DNA of 64,000 nt, from positions 1 through 64,000 of the forward strand of contig CAUYUJ010000079.1 of the NCBI GenBank assembly GCA_963575745.1, read 5' to 3'. The translations under genes and the position numbers were made by a program. Within the stretch, counting starts at the first letter, position 1, and every line of letters starts with the position of its first letter. This stretch comes from Prorocentrum cordatum (Eukaryota). Below the pieces are notes generated by a model. The model did not search any database. It worked only from the letters and a program-made list of their open reading frames with translations, and was not told the origin of the DNA. This document shows, in pieces, positions 13,500-26,989 of this stretch.

Positions 13500-16400
13500 A
13501 GCAAATCGGTGTCCAGGGATGCGTTCAGGGCTGCCGCCCGTTCCTTTGGTTCCCAAGCTCCGTTGCTATCGTCGTGGGGCTGGGGTTGCGAGGTGTGGCA
13601 GATGCAGGGTGGTCGTTGTCATGCTGAAGATGTTCTGGTAACTCGGGTTGGGCGTCGAGGCGCTGAGGGTCCTCCTCTATGTCCTCGAAGATGTAGAAGC
13701 GGTTACAGGTTGGAAAGATGGGCGTGCTGGATGCTTGGTTCCGCGTACGGAGCTTCCGTTGTACTCGAGCGAAACGTCGTCGTGCAAGCGCGTCGTCGAC
13801 GTGGTCGATGTGATCGGCGTGGTCCCGGTTGGCGGAATCGCTGTGGTGATCCAAGTCGTGTGTTGAGTTCTGGTCGCGCTCGAGCTTAGCGTCGCGATGC
13901 TACGTCTCCTCGAAGTTCGCCGCCAAGGTCTCGTGCCGGTCATCGCGCACGCTGCCACGATGCGCAAACGAGCCGATAAAGAAGGTCTTCTCGATATCGC
14001 TGAAGCTGCTGCTCGCGATGGAGTGGTCGCGCGGGGCCTGGTGAGAACTCGCGCCGGTGCGAGGCGGTCGCTCTTGAGGCGTCTCATCGCAGGGCCTGCG
14101 GGCAGAAGAATAAAATTGTCGTGTTCGAGCCAAGGTGGCTAGTCGCGGCATGAGGTCTCGGCCCTGTGCGCGAGGTGGCCTGGGAGGGGTGTCGGGGGGG
14201 GGGGGGGGGGGGGGTCGGTGGCGCGGGCGGGGCAGAGGATCGAGCCTGGGTTGTGGGCGCCCCAGCCTGGGCACCCAGCTGTCGCTCCACGAGTTGGGCT
14301 GAGGGGAGTGCCCCCGGTCCCGGCGTTCATGCCCCGCCTACAGGTTGTGGTGCAGGAGCGGCGCGCGAGTGGATCTCCCACTCTTGAGGGCGCCGTCTCC
14401 CTGCGTCGGAGCGTTGGGTTGAGCGGTGTGGATTCTGGAAGCTGACCATATCTTTTGGTCTTTTTGGAGCGTTGGATGGCGGTACTGTTGCATGCCATGT
14501 CGCTGTTTTGCCGTGTCCAATGGCAGTGCGCAGCGGTCACGAGTCGAAGCTAGGGTGGGAAACGTAATAAGTGAAACGGGCGATGGTTGAATGTCGCGTG
14601 GTCGATCAGAGCTTGCCAGGGGCTCGATGGGGAGCGCCGGTGTCAGCGCTGCAACGTCACCGAAGGGGTCTCGGTCGACGCGCTTAGTCGGGGCCCCTTC
14701 TTCCGGCGCGTGCCGCGCGCTGCATGCCTGGCACAGTTGCCCGCCAAGGTGCATCGGCGTATCTAGTTTTCTGGTCGCGGCCCCTCAGGCACGTCGTCGT
14801 GGCCTATGAAGCCGGGCTGCCTGTCGCCAGGATCCACGAATCCATCGCCAGTGTCGCAGATGCGGACCGTCTTGGGTGGCTCGGCGTTGCGCTTGTGGAT
14901 CTGTCTGTCTTTTTGATGCAGCTCGTGGGTGACGGGCTGAACTGCTACGCTCGGGCGTTCTGATGTGGAGCCTGGGTGGGGGCGGTGCTGGATCGAATGG
15001 TTGAGTCGGGCTGACACTGGCGATGGGCCGGCGAGTGGGCGCGCTGGGCGGGGCGTCGCAGTCGACAAAATTGATTAGGATGGCGTTGGCGGGTAGAGGG
15101 GGTGATCCGCCGCCCTCGCGTCGGGAGGCACGGGGGGGCAGACGTGGCGCGCACTTCTGGGGAGATGCTGGCGGGGTCAACTATTGCGGCGGGAGGTGCG
15201 TGACTGAGGGGGGTGGGCTGCTCTCTGGGCATGGGCGTCGAGCGCGCTCTTTGGGTGGGGGCGTGGGCATCGTCGTCGGCGGGGTCAGAGTCGCGTCGAG
15301 CGTCGGGTATAGGGGCGTTGGAACTCTCGCGGGGCGACGATCCGCATCCGCCGTCGGCGATGGGCGCGGGCGAGAGCGTCGCAGGATGGGGGGGGAAAGG
15401 GTCCGTTGCGGGCACTCGCCGGGGTGGTGGGGGGGGGGGGGCGGCGGCGGCGGGGGGCGGCGGCGTCGGGCCATGGGAGGTCGGCGGTGCGAAGCCCAGA
15501 TTCTGGAAGCTGAAACCGCTGTCGGGAAGGGTGCCTGGAGCCGCGGTCGCGGTCGCGGCCCTTGCTTTTCCGGGGTGCTCCGAGATGTAGACGGCGCATT
15601 CGGGTGGCGTTTGGTCATGTATTCCTGCTATGACGGCGCTCAGGCATTGCTCCGTCTCCTTCTAGATGCGGGTCTCCTCGATCTCGGCAAGGTGCTGGAT
15701 GCGGCGGCGCGCGCCCTCCCGATCTCGGAGGTCGCGCGTGAGCCCCCCGAAGATGTCCTTGTCGAAGTCGTCCGGGGTGATTTTGGCTCGCTGCAGGGCT
15801 TTCTCGATATGTTCTTCCTGAACTCGATCACGGTGAGCTTCTGCTTCTAGCGTCGCCTGGAATGCTTCGTGCCGTTGATGGTGCCGTTGCTGTTGGATCA
15901 GGATGGAGCCCCTGGCCCGCTGCTCCTCATGTTCCTTCCATTCTTCGAGCTGGCGAAACTGGTTGCGCTGCTTATCCGGGGACTGAGCCTGAACCTCTCC
16001 GTGCTCGATGAATAGTTGCTCCTTCGCGTGGGCGTCCTCGGCCGCCCCCATCTGCTGCCTCAGCCTCGCGTTGAACATATCGTGGTAGATATGATGTTGT
16101 CGTTGCTGTTATTCGATGCTTCTCTTCTGGATCTCCGCTGAGTAGGCATGCAGATTCTCGGATGGTAGCTGTTCAGCATGTAGCCGCTCTCTGCCTTCGG
16201 CAGCATGAAGTTGGCGCTTCTCCTCGCACTCGCGTTGGAACTGGGCGGCTACGTCGCATGGCGCATGCTCTCTCAGTTTCACACGGTTGCAGGTGGCCTC
16301 GTCGCATTGCATCTTCTGGCGGTGGGCATTGGCAAGGTTCTCGTTCATCACTTCGCGGTACCTGTGCTCGAACGAGGACATCTCGTTGTGCAGTCTGCGG

Positions 16401-17700
16401 TTCAGATCCTCAACTTCCTTGCGGTGTACTCCCTCGTCGTTCACCGATTGTCCAGATCGTAGCTGGTGTTGTAGGTTGTGCTGCATCTCCGTCTCGAGCT
16501 TCTCGGTGAGCGCCCGTCCTGCCGCTTGTTCCTGGCGCTTCAGGGCACTAGCGGTACGTCGAGGGGTCTCCTGGGCAACCTCGTGCTCGTAATCGGTGAG
16601 CTGCTGCTTCTGCCGTGCGCATTCGAGATGGCATTCCTTGAGCTCATCATCGCGTGGTTGTTGTGCTCTGCGCTGCTCGTCGAAGTAATCGAGGTGCTGG
16701 TGATGCTCCGACTGGTAGTACTGCTGCTGGTCGAGCCGTTGGTTGAGGGCCTTGCGCGTTGTTTCGACGCGTCCTTGTTCGCATGTTCGTTCTTTGCCTG
16801 GCATATTGTCGATGTTCTTCGCTGGGTGTGGAGTGCATCCGTGCGTTGTCTTTGTAGCTTCGTCCTTGGCAATACCCCCCCTTTCCCCGTCTCAGCTAGA
16901 GTCGTCGAGCATATCCTTGAGGCCGCGCATCTCTTTAGATTCTTTGACCAGGGCACGTGAAGTTTCGATGCAGTTGTTGATGTAGTCCTCTTCCTTGGGG
17001 AGATCCTTCTTCTGTTGCATGATCTCGCTCTTTCGGTTCAGCCGGTTGTCGATCTTTTGTCGGTAATCATGGGCTCGCTCGCTTGGTTCCGTCATTGCGG
17101 CGATCATGCATGTCGCAATGCTAACTTCGTGCTTCAATCTGCTCGGGTCAACTTGGGCCTGGACTGCATCAGTCACCTAGTCAGCTAGGCGCACGAGTCG
17201 CGAAACGTTGGTGGCCCTCCAGATTCTTCTGATGTCGGGCTCGCGGGGTGGAAAAGTGCAGCTCTCGTGCTGGCGTGCCACAGCAATCGTGGATGGCAAG
17301 ATGCGTCCAACAACTTCTTACTTGACGCTGAAGTGGACCCTGTTGTTGTCGTAGTAGTCGCTGCTCTGCGCTCCGATGTTGTGTTTTCTCTGGCCCTTTC
17401 GCGAGGCTGCCCTTTTTTTCGAGAGCTCTTCCATCCATTCTTCTGCCAGGTCGTGGGCATTCAGGTGGCCAGGCTGCTTGTCGTCGTGCGGCTTCTGATC
17501 GTCGCGCTGTCCGTTGCCGTTGTACTTGCGTTGTTGTCCGCCCTGAGCGGAGTCGCCGTGGTGCTTTGGCATTCTCCAAGGCCATGGCTGTCCATCAACT
17601 GGAGGTCCCGTAGGTCGGCGTCCGTCGGGCTTCGCGCTTCTGTTCGCCACCTCGTCAACGTAGTGGTACTGCAGGTGCTGCTGGTTGCGCTGGTGCTGCT
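13500..17700 (-). pseudogene. Decayed coding relic with coiled-coil-rich frames (possibly retroelement/gag-like or a retrocopy)
   Basis: Successive E/Q/R/K-rich minus-strand ORFs (16892-17176, 16109-16804, 15662-16078) broken by frameshifts; lies downstream of the DinoSL at 18044-18065. No catalytic motif recognised. Confidence 0.4.
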
Positions 17701-18043
17701 GCGCCGAGTGGTGGGCGTTGCGGACGCTGGCTGCCTCCACCACCCGAAGCAAGGCCCGAGCCGAGGCAGGGCGAGCTCTCTCCCGCCTGTGCCAGGCGGG
17801 CTCCTGGGGTTTTGGGTCCCCTCCAGGCGCGCCTGGGGCGCGCAGCAGCGGGCGGGGCGCGGCTACAGCAACGGCGAATGGCCGACCCGCCGCGGCGCGC
17901 AAGCCCGGCCCCGCGGGCGGCCTATCACGAGCGGGCGTGAGCCGATCGACGCGATGATCGGCCCCGCGGGCGCGCCGATCGACCCCGAGCGGAAGATCGG
18001 TCACGGCCGATGCCCGCCAGAGGCCAGATGGGCTTGAGATGGG

Positions 18044-18065
18044 CTTGAGCCAAAATGGCTACGGA
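18044..18065 (-). other. Perfect dinoflagellate spliced leader (DinoSL) sequence in genomic DNA
   Basis: The plus strand reads CTTGAGCCAAAATGGCTACGGA, the reverse complement of TCCGTAGCCATTTTGGCTCAAG (22/22 match to DCCGTAGCCATTTTGGCTCAAG). Confidence 0.97.
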
Positions 18066-21000
18066 CTCCTCCTCCTCCTCATCCTCCTCCTCCTCCACCC
18101 TGCTTCCCTCCCTCCCTCCCTGCATCCTTCTCTTTGTCCTTCTACTCCAACTCCTCCTCCTCCTCCTCCTCCTCCTCCTCCTCCTCCCTTCCCCCCTCCT
18201 CCTCCTCCTCCTCATTTCAATCCTCCCCCTCCTCCTCCTCCTCCTCCCCCTCCTCCTCCACCTCCTCTTCCTCCTCCTCCTCCTCCTCCTCCTCCTCATT
18301 CAATCCTCCTCTTCCTCCTCCTCATCCTCAAGAACTGGGGGATGGTCGAGGCACTCCCGCCAACGGAGCTGGCGGGCGGTCGACTGCCGGGTGAATGTCG
18401 GGGTAGCAAAACCAGAGGCTGCACCTGGACGGATGCAGTGGGCGACCGACCCAAGGACCAGCTGAGGAGGGGCTCATTTTGGGTTGTCGGGAGCGCCGCA
18501 CCCAGAGGTGGCGGGTCGGCGGTGGGGGGGACTGTGCCCCGCTCCTCCGCTCGTCGTTGGTTCCTTGGCTCCTCTCTCGTCCCTTCCCCCCCCTCCTCCG
18601 CTTTCGCCTTCCTCCTCCCTGGGGGTGGGGGTGGAGCTCTGGGTGGGGCGGGCTCGGGATGCCCCCCGTTGCCAGGCCCCCCCCTGGAGCGGGGTCCCTG
18701 CGGCTCGCCCTACTTGGTGGCCCTCCTCCTCCTGGGGCCCCCGTCCCCCCCTGGCTTCTTCCCTCTCCTGCGGTCCACAGTCCAACCACGGTCCACCCGC
18801 CCGCTGGGATGGCGGCTGGTGGCCCCGGGGCGCTGCGAAGGCGCCGAGGAGACGAGCCAGCCACGGCGGTTCGAAGGCTCTCCCCTTAGTCCTTCGCCTC
18901 CCGAGGTTTCGTTGTCCTCGGCGCTCTGGCAGGAGTGACTAAGGTCCCCAGGGTGGTGAGTCAGCCGCCTAATGGCACGGGGATGCGCGGTCCCTCGTCG
19001 GGACGCCTTTCGCAGGACGCCGCGCGGGCGTCGAGGAGGCGAGCAGGCCACGGCGGCATGTGGCTTCGCCGCCTCACTAGAACAGAGTCCGTTACCAAAC
19101 AGGTCAAACAGGTCCTCCTCCTCCTCCTCCTCCTCTTCTTCCTCCTCCTCCTCCAACTCCAATCCTCCAAGCCTCCTCCTCATTCAATCCTCCTCCTCGT
19201 CCTCCTCCTCCGCCTCCTACTACTGCTCCTCCTACTCTTCGTCCTCCTCCGCCTCCTCCTCCTCCTCCTTCTCCTCCTCCTCCTCCTCCTGGTTTCTGGT
19301 TCCTGGTGGCATGAGGTCCCGGTGGGTGCTGCCTCCCTCCTCCTCCTCTCACTCCTCCTCCTCCTCCTCCTCCTCCTCCTCCTCCTCATCCCTCCTCCTC
19401 CTCCCCACAACTCTGGAATAAAACACGCCAGTGCTGCTTGGCCGTGCTGGCCCCCTTACGTGATGCGTCCCCCTTCGCCAGCGCCGCGGTCGCCCAGTCA
19501 TCCGCAGCGGACGATGCGACAGCGACCACTAGGAGGGTGGCAGCTGCCCTGCTACGACCTATCCCGCCAGTCGACGGGAACATACAACTGCATAGACATA
19601 CACTTTGACGCTCCGCGCGGACTTCTTGCATCGGCGCTCGGCCCTCCCCTGAGGCGCCTCTGGCGCCGCCCCTGGAGCGCTCCGCGCGCTAGGGAGGGAG
19701 GTCCAGCGCCGACCCAAGAATTCCGCGCGGAGCTCCAGAAGCTTGTGCTTATGCCGTTTCTCTCCTCCCCGCCGGACGGCGAGGCGCTGGGAAGTCTCCA
19801 GGGACAGGCTGGCACGCACGAGCCAGGCAGACGCCCGGCAGGGGTCCGCTGGACCCTCTGCGCGAGGGCGCCAGGCTGCACGGCAGCACAGGCTGCTTCC
19901 TCGACTGCCGTCTTCGGCACGCCCCTGGGCCCCGCAGAGCACGCAGTGCTGTGAATCCGAGGTCCAGGGGCAACGGCTTCTCCCCAGAAAACGACGGGTC
20001 CGCGCTCCCGAGACGGTGGTCACCCGTACGAGTTCGAGGGGCCCGCGCTCCCAGGTAAAATGCGCACGTGCGGCCTACACACCCGCGCATTTGACACAAG
20101 GATCCTTTGCGCGAGGATCACGGGAGAGAGGGACAGAGTGGGCGAGTGAGGAAGAGAGGGGGCGGAGGGGAAGAAGGTCGGGGCTGCTAGGAGCGAAGGC
20201 TAGCCTCTGCTCCCTTGGAGGCCTCCAGAGGGGGCCGTATCACATGGCGCCGAAGGATCGCACCGCAAGCGCCGATGCACCGGCGGCGTCGGGATGGAGG
20301 GTACCGGGCTCCAGACTGCGCCGGCCACATCTGGGCGGCCTGAACCCCTGCATCGCAACCAGTTTGACGGGAACTGGTCCAGGGAACCGTGGGCCAAACG
20401 GGCTCCGTCCTTTGCGAGGTCGGCCGCTTCTGGCAAGTGCCAGGCTGCTCGGCCATTCCATCCGTGGCCGCCTTGGAGTCGAATCACGGCCGGGCTGGGC
20501 CTCCCAGAAAGTGGTACAGCTCGTATAGAGCAGCCGACTCCCCTCCTCCTCCTCCTCCGCCCGCCCCGAACCTAATACATCAGACCAAGGAACAAAAAAG
20601 AATCAGCCGATAAGATCAGCATACTAAAAGCATACTCCTAGAATAATACTCCTGCTACCATCATTCAGCCTTTTCACACTCAAACGCAACCCTCCTCCTA
20701 TTAGATACTCCGACATCCTCCTCCTCCTCCTCCTCCTCATCTCCTCCTCCCTCTTGTTTTCCTTGTCCTTCCTCCCTCCTCAATCCAGGCCCCCCCTCCC
20801 ACCTCACCCTCGTCCATTTCCTCATGCTCCTCCTGTTCCTTTTCCTATTTCTGTTTTCAGGCTTTACGGCATATGTATCCCAGGCCAAGGATTTGGCCTT
20901 GCAAATGTTTGCCCTCATCCTTCTCTTTCCTCCATTCCTTGGTTCCTCCAGCCTTCCTTCTTTCCTTCCGTCCTTGCTTCCTTCTCCTCCTCCTCCTCCT

Positions 21001-21775
21001 CCTCCATATCCTCCTCCTCCTCCTCCTCCTCCTCCTCCTCCTCCTCAATCCCTTCACCATATATATATATATATATATGTGTGTGTATACACGCGTGTAT
21101 ATATATATATATATAGAGAGAGAGATTCTCCCTGTCGTACCCCCAGGCGTGTCGGTAGGGCGGGCTGGGCGTTTCGATTGAGACTTCTCCACCATTTATG
21201 ACCCTGAAGTTACAATGGTGGGCGGGCCGTTTTCAAAATGCCGTTCTCGCCTCAGCGCCGCTCACATAGGTTTCAAAGGTTTGCAGCAGCTCCTTGAAAA
21301 CAGGACAGGTGGGTTTCAAAATGCGGCTCTCGTCTCAGCGCCGCGCGCATTCGTCATACAAATTTGCAACAGGTTCAAAGATGGAGGACGTCTTTTTCCT
21401 TTTGGAACTTTACGTGGCTTTCGCCAAATTCGTCCTGACAGCTTGTCGCATGTTCAAGGATCCGTATGGTTGAAGTCCCAGGAACGGCGTCCTGGCACGA
21501 TGTAAGGTTCTCAGGACGCAACAGTCACGTTCTCAGGACGCAACAGTCCGAGGAAAGATTTCTGGCACAGTTTAGGACTGTCAGGACACAGCAGTCACGT
21601 TGCCTCGCGGCGCTGAAATTCCAGGAGCGGTGTTTTGGCACGATCAAGGATTCTCAGACGGTTGTCGTCCAATGGGACACTTCCCGCAATACAAATCAAT
21701 CTTTGCAGGGACCTATAACTCCTGAATTTGCACTCATCCTCCTCCTCCTCCTCCCCCTCCTCCTCCTCCTCCTCC

Positions 21776-22693
21776 ACACATACACAATATGAATACTAAT
21801 CTCCTTTCTCCCCTGATGGCGTCCGTGTATCGTTTTTAACACAGAGCATTGCCGGGAGTTGGCATGCCATAGTGTGTTTCTCACGATCAGAAGCCTCGGG
21901 CATTATTTTTTATACACTGATTGGCTGGAGTTCGCATTATCAGAAAGTGTTTTCGCAATCATAAGCCTTCCGACCCTTGAAAAATTTACTCCCACTACAA
22001 CGCTGGCACAATTTCTGCGCCTCTTGTTGGTCCAAATCGTGCCCCCGCTACAGCGCAGGCGTTTCCGGCCCTTCCAAATAAGCCTCCAATCTAGAAAGTG
22101 CCACCCCAAAAAAACATCGGATGTGATTATACATCTGCTGTCGATTCGTTGAATTTTTAGGCCGTGGACCCCCCCCCCCCAAACTTGCGGGCGTCGTTTT
22201 TTCAGGAAGTATCAGGCGGAAGCCCTGTTTCTGCTTTGAGAAGGCGATGTTGAAAGCAGAGCCAGCGGGTGTTGTCCATCAGCCCCACCTCGTGGGGAGC
22301 TTTCCAGGGAGCCCAGGGAGCTGGACATGGAGCCGCGACTCCAGACCGGACCGGATCTTTCGACGACGATCCATCTACCCCCCAAGGAACCGGGTGCCAT
22401 GCCATGGCATGCAGTGCGGTGTTGTGTTTTGTGCCGCTGTGCGATGCCATGCTTTGCGTTGCAATGCTTTGTGGTGCAAAATTTCACTACGCAGTGCCAT
22501 ACTGTGCTATGACATGCTGCACTCTGCCGTGCTCTTCTACGCCATGCTATGTCGTGCTGTACCATGCATCGCCCCTAGGGATGATTGCCCTGTTCGACAG
22601 TCGATAGTGCGAGTAGAGAGGAGATCTACGTCATGGTAAGGGATAGGAGGGAGGGGTATGAGTTCAGATGTGACACTAGCGCGCCTAACTTGT
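21776..22693. mobile_element. Non-autonomous dispersed element, family A
   Basis: ACA...AATATGAATAC...CCCCTGATGGCGTCCG left end; CATGGTAAGGGAT.GGAGGGAGGGG...CCTAACTTGT right end; inserted within (CCT)n. Confidence 0.75.
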
Positions 22694-22790
22694 CCTCCTC
22701 CTCCTCCTCCTCCTCCTCCTCCTCCTCCTCCTCCTCCTCCTCCTCCTCCAAGAGAGTTGTATGACCCCAATGAAACATCCGCCGCCCCAT

Positions 22791-22991
22791 TCAACGTTCC
22801 TCCACGGCCGCCCACGCTTCCGAACAGTGCCGACATCGAATCAGATGGCCCCAGAGATCCCTTGCTGCCCACTCTGCGCGCCACCGCCTGCACGCGTCGT
22901 CCCCGATGCCGTTCATCTCGACACTGAGGTGCTCGAGGCTGCCTGCCCACGACGCCGCTGCCGCCATGAGCCTCGGCACGCCAGCGAACAT
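22791..22991 (-). CDS. Putative LRR exon fragment
   Basis: AGSLEHLSVEMNGIGDDAC matches LxxLxLxxNxIGDxG. Confidence 0.5.
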   Translation of the reverse strand: MFAGVPRLMAAAASWAGSLEHLSVEMNGIGDDACRRWRAEWAARDLWGHLIRCRHCSEAWAAVEER

Positions 22992-24860
22992 CGAAGCAGG
23001 ACAAGTTGAGAGAACGACAGCTCAGCCTCGACCTCTGGACCCCGTCTGGGGTCTGAACGCACCAGTTTTCCGAGCTGCGTCCAGCCGTGGCGACGAGGAG
23101 GCCCCCGAAAGCCAACTACGGTCGGGAATTTTTGCTTAGCGTGTTGCTGCGGCGGCCCCGGCGACACGCTATCCCCTGCAAGAGGATAGCGCGTCGCTCC
23201 GCTCCGCGGGCAGGAGGTCGGGAAAGGCTCAGAACAGTGACGCTCGGGGACCCAGAAATGGATAGCGTGTCGCGCCGAAGCCTGGTGGGCCAGAACCGGC
23301 GGAGCGACGCGCTATCCAAAAGTTCCCACCAGCCCTCTGGGCGTAGGTGGTTCCGGGAGTTTCCTCTTCCATCTTCCCTTCTTCCCCTTCGGGGAGGGGT
23401 TTACCCCTCCCTCTAACCCCCTCCCCTGGACCTGGACGGGGGGGTTCGCTGGTAGTTGGAGCGTCCAAAACGGCCTCGGCGAGGAAGCCAAAATCATCGG
23501 TTTTACTAGGGTTGCGGCAGATTTTAGAGGCTCCCGAGGCGGGAGGCTAATTGGGGGACCCCTTTCCTTTGATCGATCACCTCCAAGATGGCCCCAAGAG
23601 CGCTCCCAAGGCTCCCAAGAGCGCCCCAAGAGGGCCTCAAGAGGCGCCCAGGAGGCCCCAAGAGGTCCCCAAGAGGCCCTCAAGAGGCTCCCTAGACCCC
23701 CAAGAGGCCTCAAGAGGATCCCCGAGGCATCCAAGAATCCCCCAGGCGCTCCAAGAGGACTCCAAAACAACTTCCAAGGGACATCCTAGGAGGCTCTTGT
23801 GCACGTCATTGTTCTTGTTCCTTCTCATCTTTCTCATCCTCCTCCTCCTCCTCCTCCTCCTCCTCCTCCTCCTTGTCGGCCTACTCCTCCTCCTTCTCCT
23901 CCACTTTATCAGCCTCATCCTCCTCCTTTCCTCTTCTCTTCCTCCCCCTCCTCATCCTCCTCCTCCCCCTCCTCCTCATCATCCGCCTATTCCCCCTCCT
24001 CCCTCCTCCCTCCTCCCACTTTTCCCACCTGCTGCCCCTCCTCCCCCTCCTCCTCCTCCTCCTCCTCATCCTCCTCCGACTCCTCCTCCATCCTCGCCCT
24101 CTTGGGTAAGACGGGTCCCCAAGCCCTTTGCTACTCTGTATGCTCCCTCACTTCCCTGATCACCGCAATTCGCCTGGGCATCGTTTTTGGATGGGCTGGT
24201 GGGGATACGCGAAGCGTCAAGAATCCCGACCGTTCCGCTGTTTTGACTGGCCATCCTGTGAGAACAGCGAGCGCGCTGATTGCCGATCTTGGTGCTCCTG
24301 CGCCTGGCACTGACCGCCTCGGGCTCCACCCCCCTGGTGAGGGGCAACGTCCGGGGGGCCCCCAGCTCAGGAGGGAGACGTCGACCTGGGAGCGGCGATA
24401 CCTCGCCGATAGATCGGCCATTGTCCCCAGACGGCGAATCCCAGCGTTCCTGGGCGGGGTGGGCAATCGGGCCCCTATCGGCGATGGATGGGCGATCGGG
24501 GGTCGATGCATCCCCCCTGAGACTACCCAGACATCCGCCAACATGTTTTGTTCAATGCGCGGCCACACGGATTCCGACCCCTTCCCCAGAGCCAGCTTCT
24601 CGCCCCGGATGCATTTTTTGATGGTCCTGTGGCCCGAAGGCCCGTTCCACAAGCCGAAATTCAGGACAAACGCCCAGATTGAAAGGCTCGTGTCGTCGTC
24701 CTCCCCCTCCTCCTTCCTCCTCCTCCTCCTCCTCCTCCTCCTCCTCCTCCTCCTCCTCCTCCTCCTCCTCTCACTCCTCCTCCTCCCTCCTCCCCCTCCT
24801 CCTCCTCTCCTCCTCGCTCCTCCTCCTCACTCCCCCCCCCTCCGCGCCTCCGCAGCCGGC

Positions 24861-25558
24861 ACATGATTCAATATGAATATACTCTCCCTCTTCCCCTGAT
24901 GGCGTCCGGGTGATGGCCGCGCACCCTCCGCGTACTGTTTTTTTACACACAGGATTCCCGGGAAATCCCGGGAAACGACTCTCGCTGAGGCGCCGGCGTC
25001 ATTTTTTCCCAAAATGCTGCTCTCGTTGAGGCGCCGGCCTCCTTTCTGCTCCCGAATCGTTCCGAATCGTGCTCCCGCTGCAGCGTGGGCCTCATTTTCG
25101 GATCGGTGTTTGGCCTCCGTCGTTCAGGATGGCGTTCTCGCCCCAGCGCGGGCCTTTTTCTCGCGCGCCCATCCGCCCCCCACCACCGCGCCGCACCGCC
25201 ACCACCACCACCACCACCACCACCACCACCACCACCACAACCACCACCAGCACCAGCACCAGTACCAACACCACCACCAGCAACCACCACACCACCATCA
25301 CCACCACCACACCACCATCACCACCACCACCACCACTACCACCACCACCACCACCACCACCACCACCACCACCACCACCACCACAACCACGCACACACGC
25401 ACGCACGCACGCACGCGCACCACCACCCACTACGCACGCGCGCGCGGAGCCACAGGTCCGCTACGACACGCGTCCGCGGATCGAGAAAATCAGCGCCATG
25501 GTAAGGGATGGGAGGGAGGGGTAGGACGTCAGATATGACGCGAGCGCACCTAGCTTGT
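24861..25558. mobile_element. Non-autonomous dispersed element, family A
   Basis: Same ACA...TGT termini and subterminal blocks as 7088-7984 and 21776-22693; internal (CCA)n expansion. Confidence 0.75.
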
Positions 25559-26247
25559 CCTCCTCCCCCTCCCCCTCCTCCTCTTCCTCCTCCTCCGCCT
25601 CCTCCTCCTCCTCCTCCTCCTCCCATCTCCTCCCTCCTCCTCCTCCCTCCTCCTCCTCCGCCTCCTCCCTCCTCCTCCTCCTCCACCCTCCTCCTCCTCC
25701 TCCCATCCCGAGTTGCCCCGACCGTCCCCCCCGCGGCTGGGGGTTTCGGGGCAGCCCGGCTCGCCCCGTCCTGCATCCGCCCTCGCTGCGTTGGCCCACT
25801 CGTGCGAGTCGCTCCGGGCCTCCTCGTCGTCCCCTCGGTCGGCCCCTCCTCCTCCTCCGCCTCCTCCTCCTCTCCCCTCCTTCCTCCTCTCCTCCTCCTC
25901 CTCTCCATCCTTCCTCTCCTCTCCTCCTCCCCTCCTCGTCTACTCGACCGTCCCCCCCTCCTCCTTGCCCTACCCCCTTCTTGATAGTCGTCGCTCCTCC
26001 TCCTCCTCCTTCTCCTCCCCCTCCTCGTCGTCGTCCTCCTCCTCCTCCTCGTCGTTGTCGCCCGCCTCCTCGTCGTCCTCCACCTCCTCGTCGTCGTCCT
26101 CCCCTCACCCACCTCCTCCTTCCTCTCCGAAGAGGCCTAGAGAGAGGGGGCCCACCAGGACGTGGCCGACCGCTGAGACTTTGACAGTTCCGCGAGGATG
26201 AAGTGTCCGATGGAGAGTGCCTCGCCCTACGGCCCACTCGAGGCCTT

Positions 26248-26430
26248 CCAGATGGGGTCGGAGCAGCTGGGGTCGAGGGATCGCGCCGTATTATTGGTGC
26301 ATCACTGATGCATCGGCGCCGTCCGCGTGGAGGAAATCGGGCTCCACATCGAGCCGCATCGGAGATGCATCGGCGATGCATCGGCGATACGGCGCGATCC
26401 TCCAACCCCATATGCTCGGACCCCATCTGG
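26248..26430. repeat. Imperfect ~56-bp inverted repeat pair (MITE-like)
   Basis: CCAGATGGGGTCGGAGC...GATCGCGCCGTA versus TACGGCGCGATCC...GCTCGGACCCCATCTGG. Confidence 0.7.
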
Positions 26431-26989
26431 GAGACCAAGAAGAGTAGAGAGTGTGTCTCGACCCACGGCTGAGGCTTTCTGGGGCGCGTCCAATACCCCA
26501 GTTTATCAACATCCCCGTTTAGGGAGTCCTAAGGTGCTTGCCCACGACCCGCTTAGGGAGCCCCGAGGTGCTTGCCCACGACGGCGCCCCCACTGGCACT
26601 GATCACGAAACGCAAGGCACGATGCATCGTAAGGTTAGATCAAGGACACCGCCGGACCGCCCATCCGCTCACGTGCCCCGGGGCATAGTTATGACGTATG
26701 ACGGCTGCGCACGCGGGCGAGGGAAAGAGCCGTCGAACACCACAGCAATCCAGAGGCCAGCGAGCCGCAGGGACCCCCTGCCGCGCCGCTCATCCCGGGG
26801 TCGGAAGCCGAAAGGTGCCGATTGTTGCTCCACGGACCTCCCCCCGGGCGCGCCCCGACCAGAATTTCGAAGCGAACCCAGCCGCGGCGACGAGGGCCTC
26901 CCAGGAAGCCCAACAGGGAGGCGAACACGAGGGAAGAGTAGCCGGGTCGGTACGTCTTCTCCTCTGAAGGCCAGCACGCGCTGAGGCAC

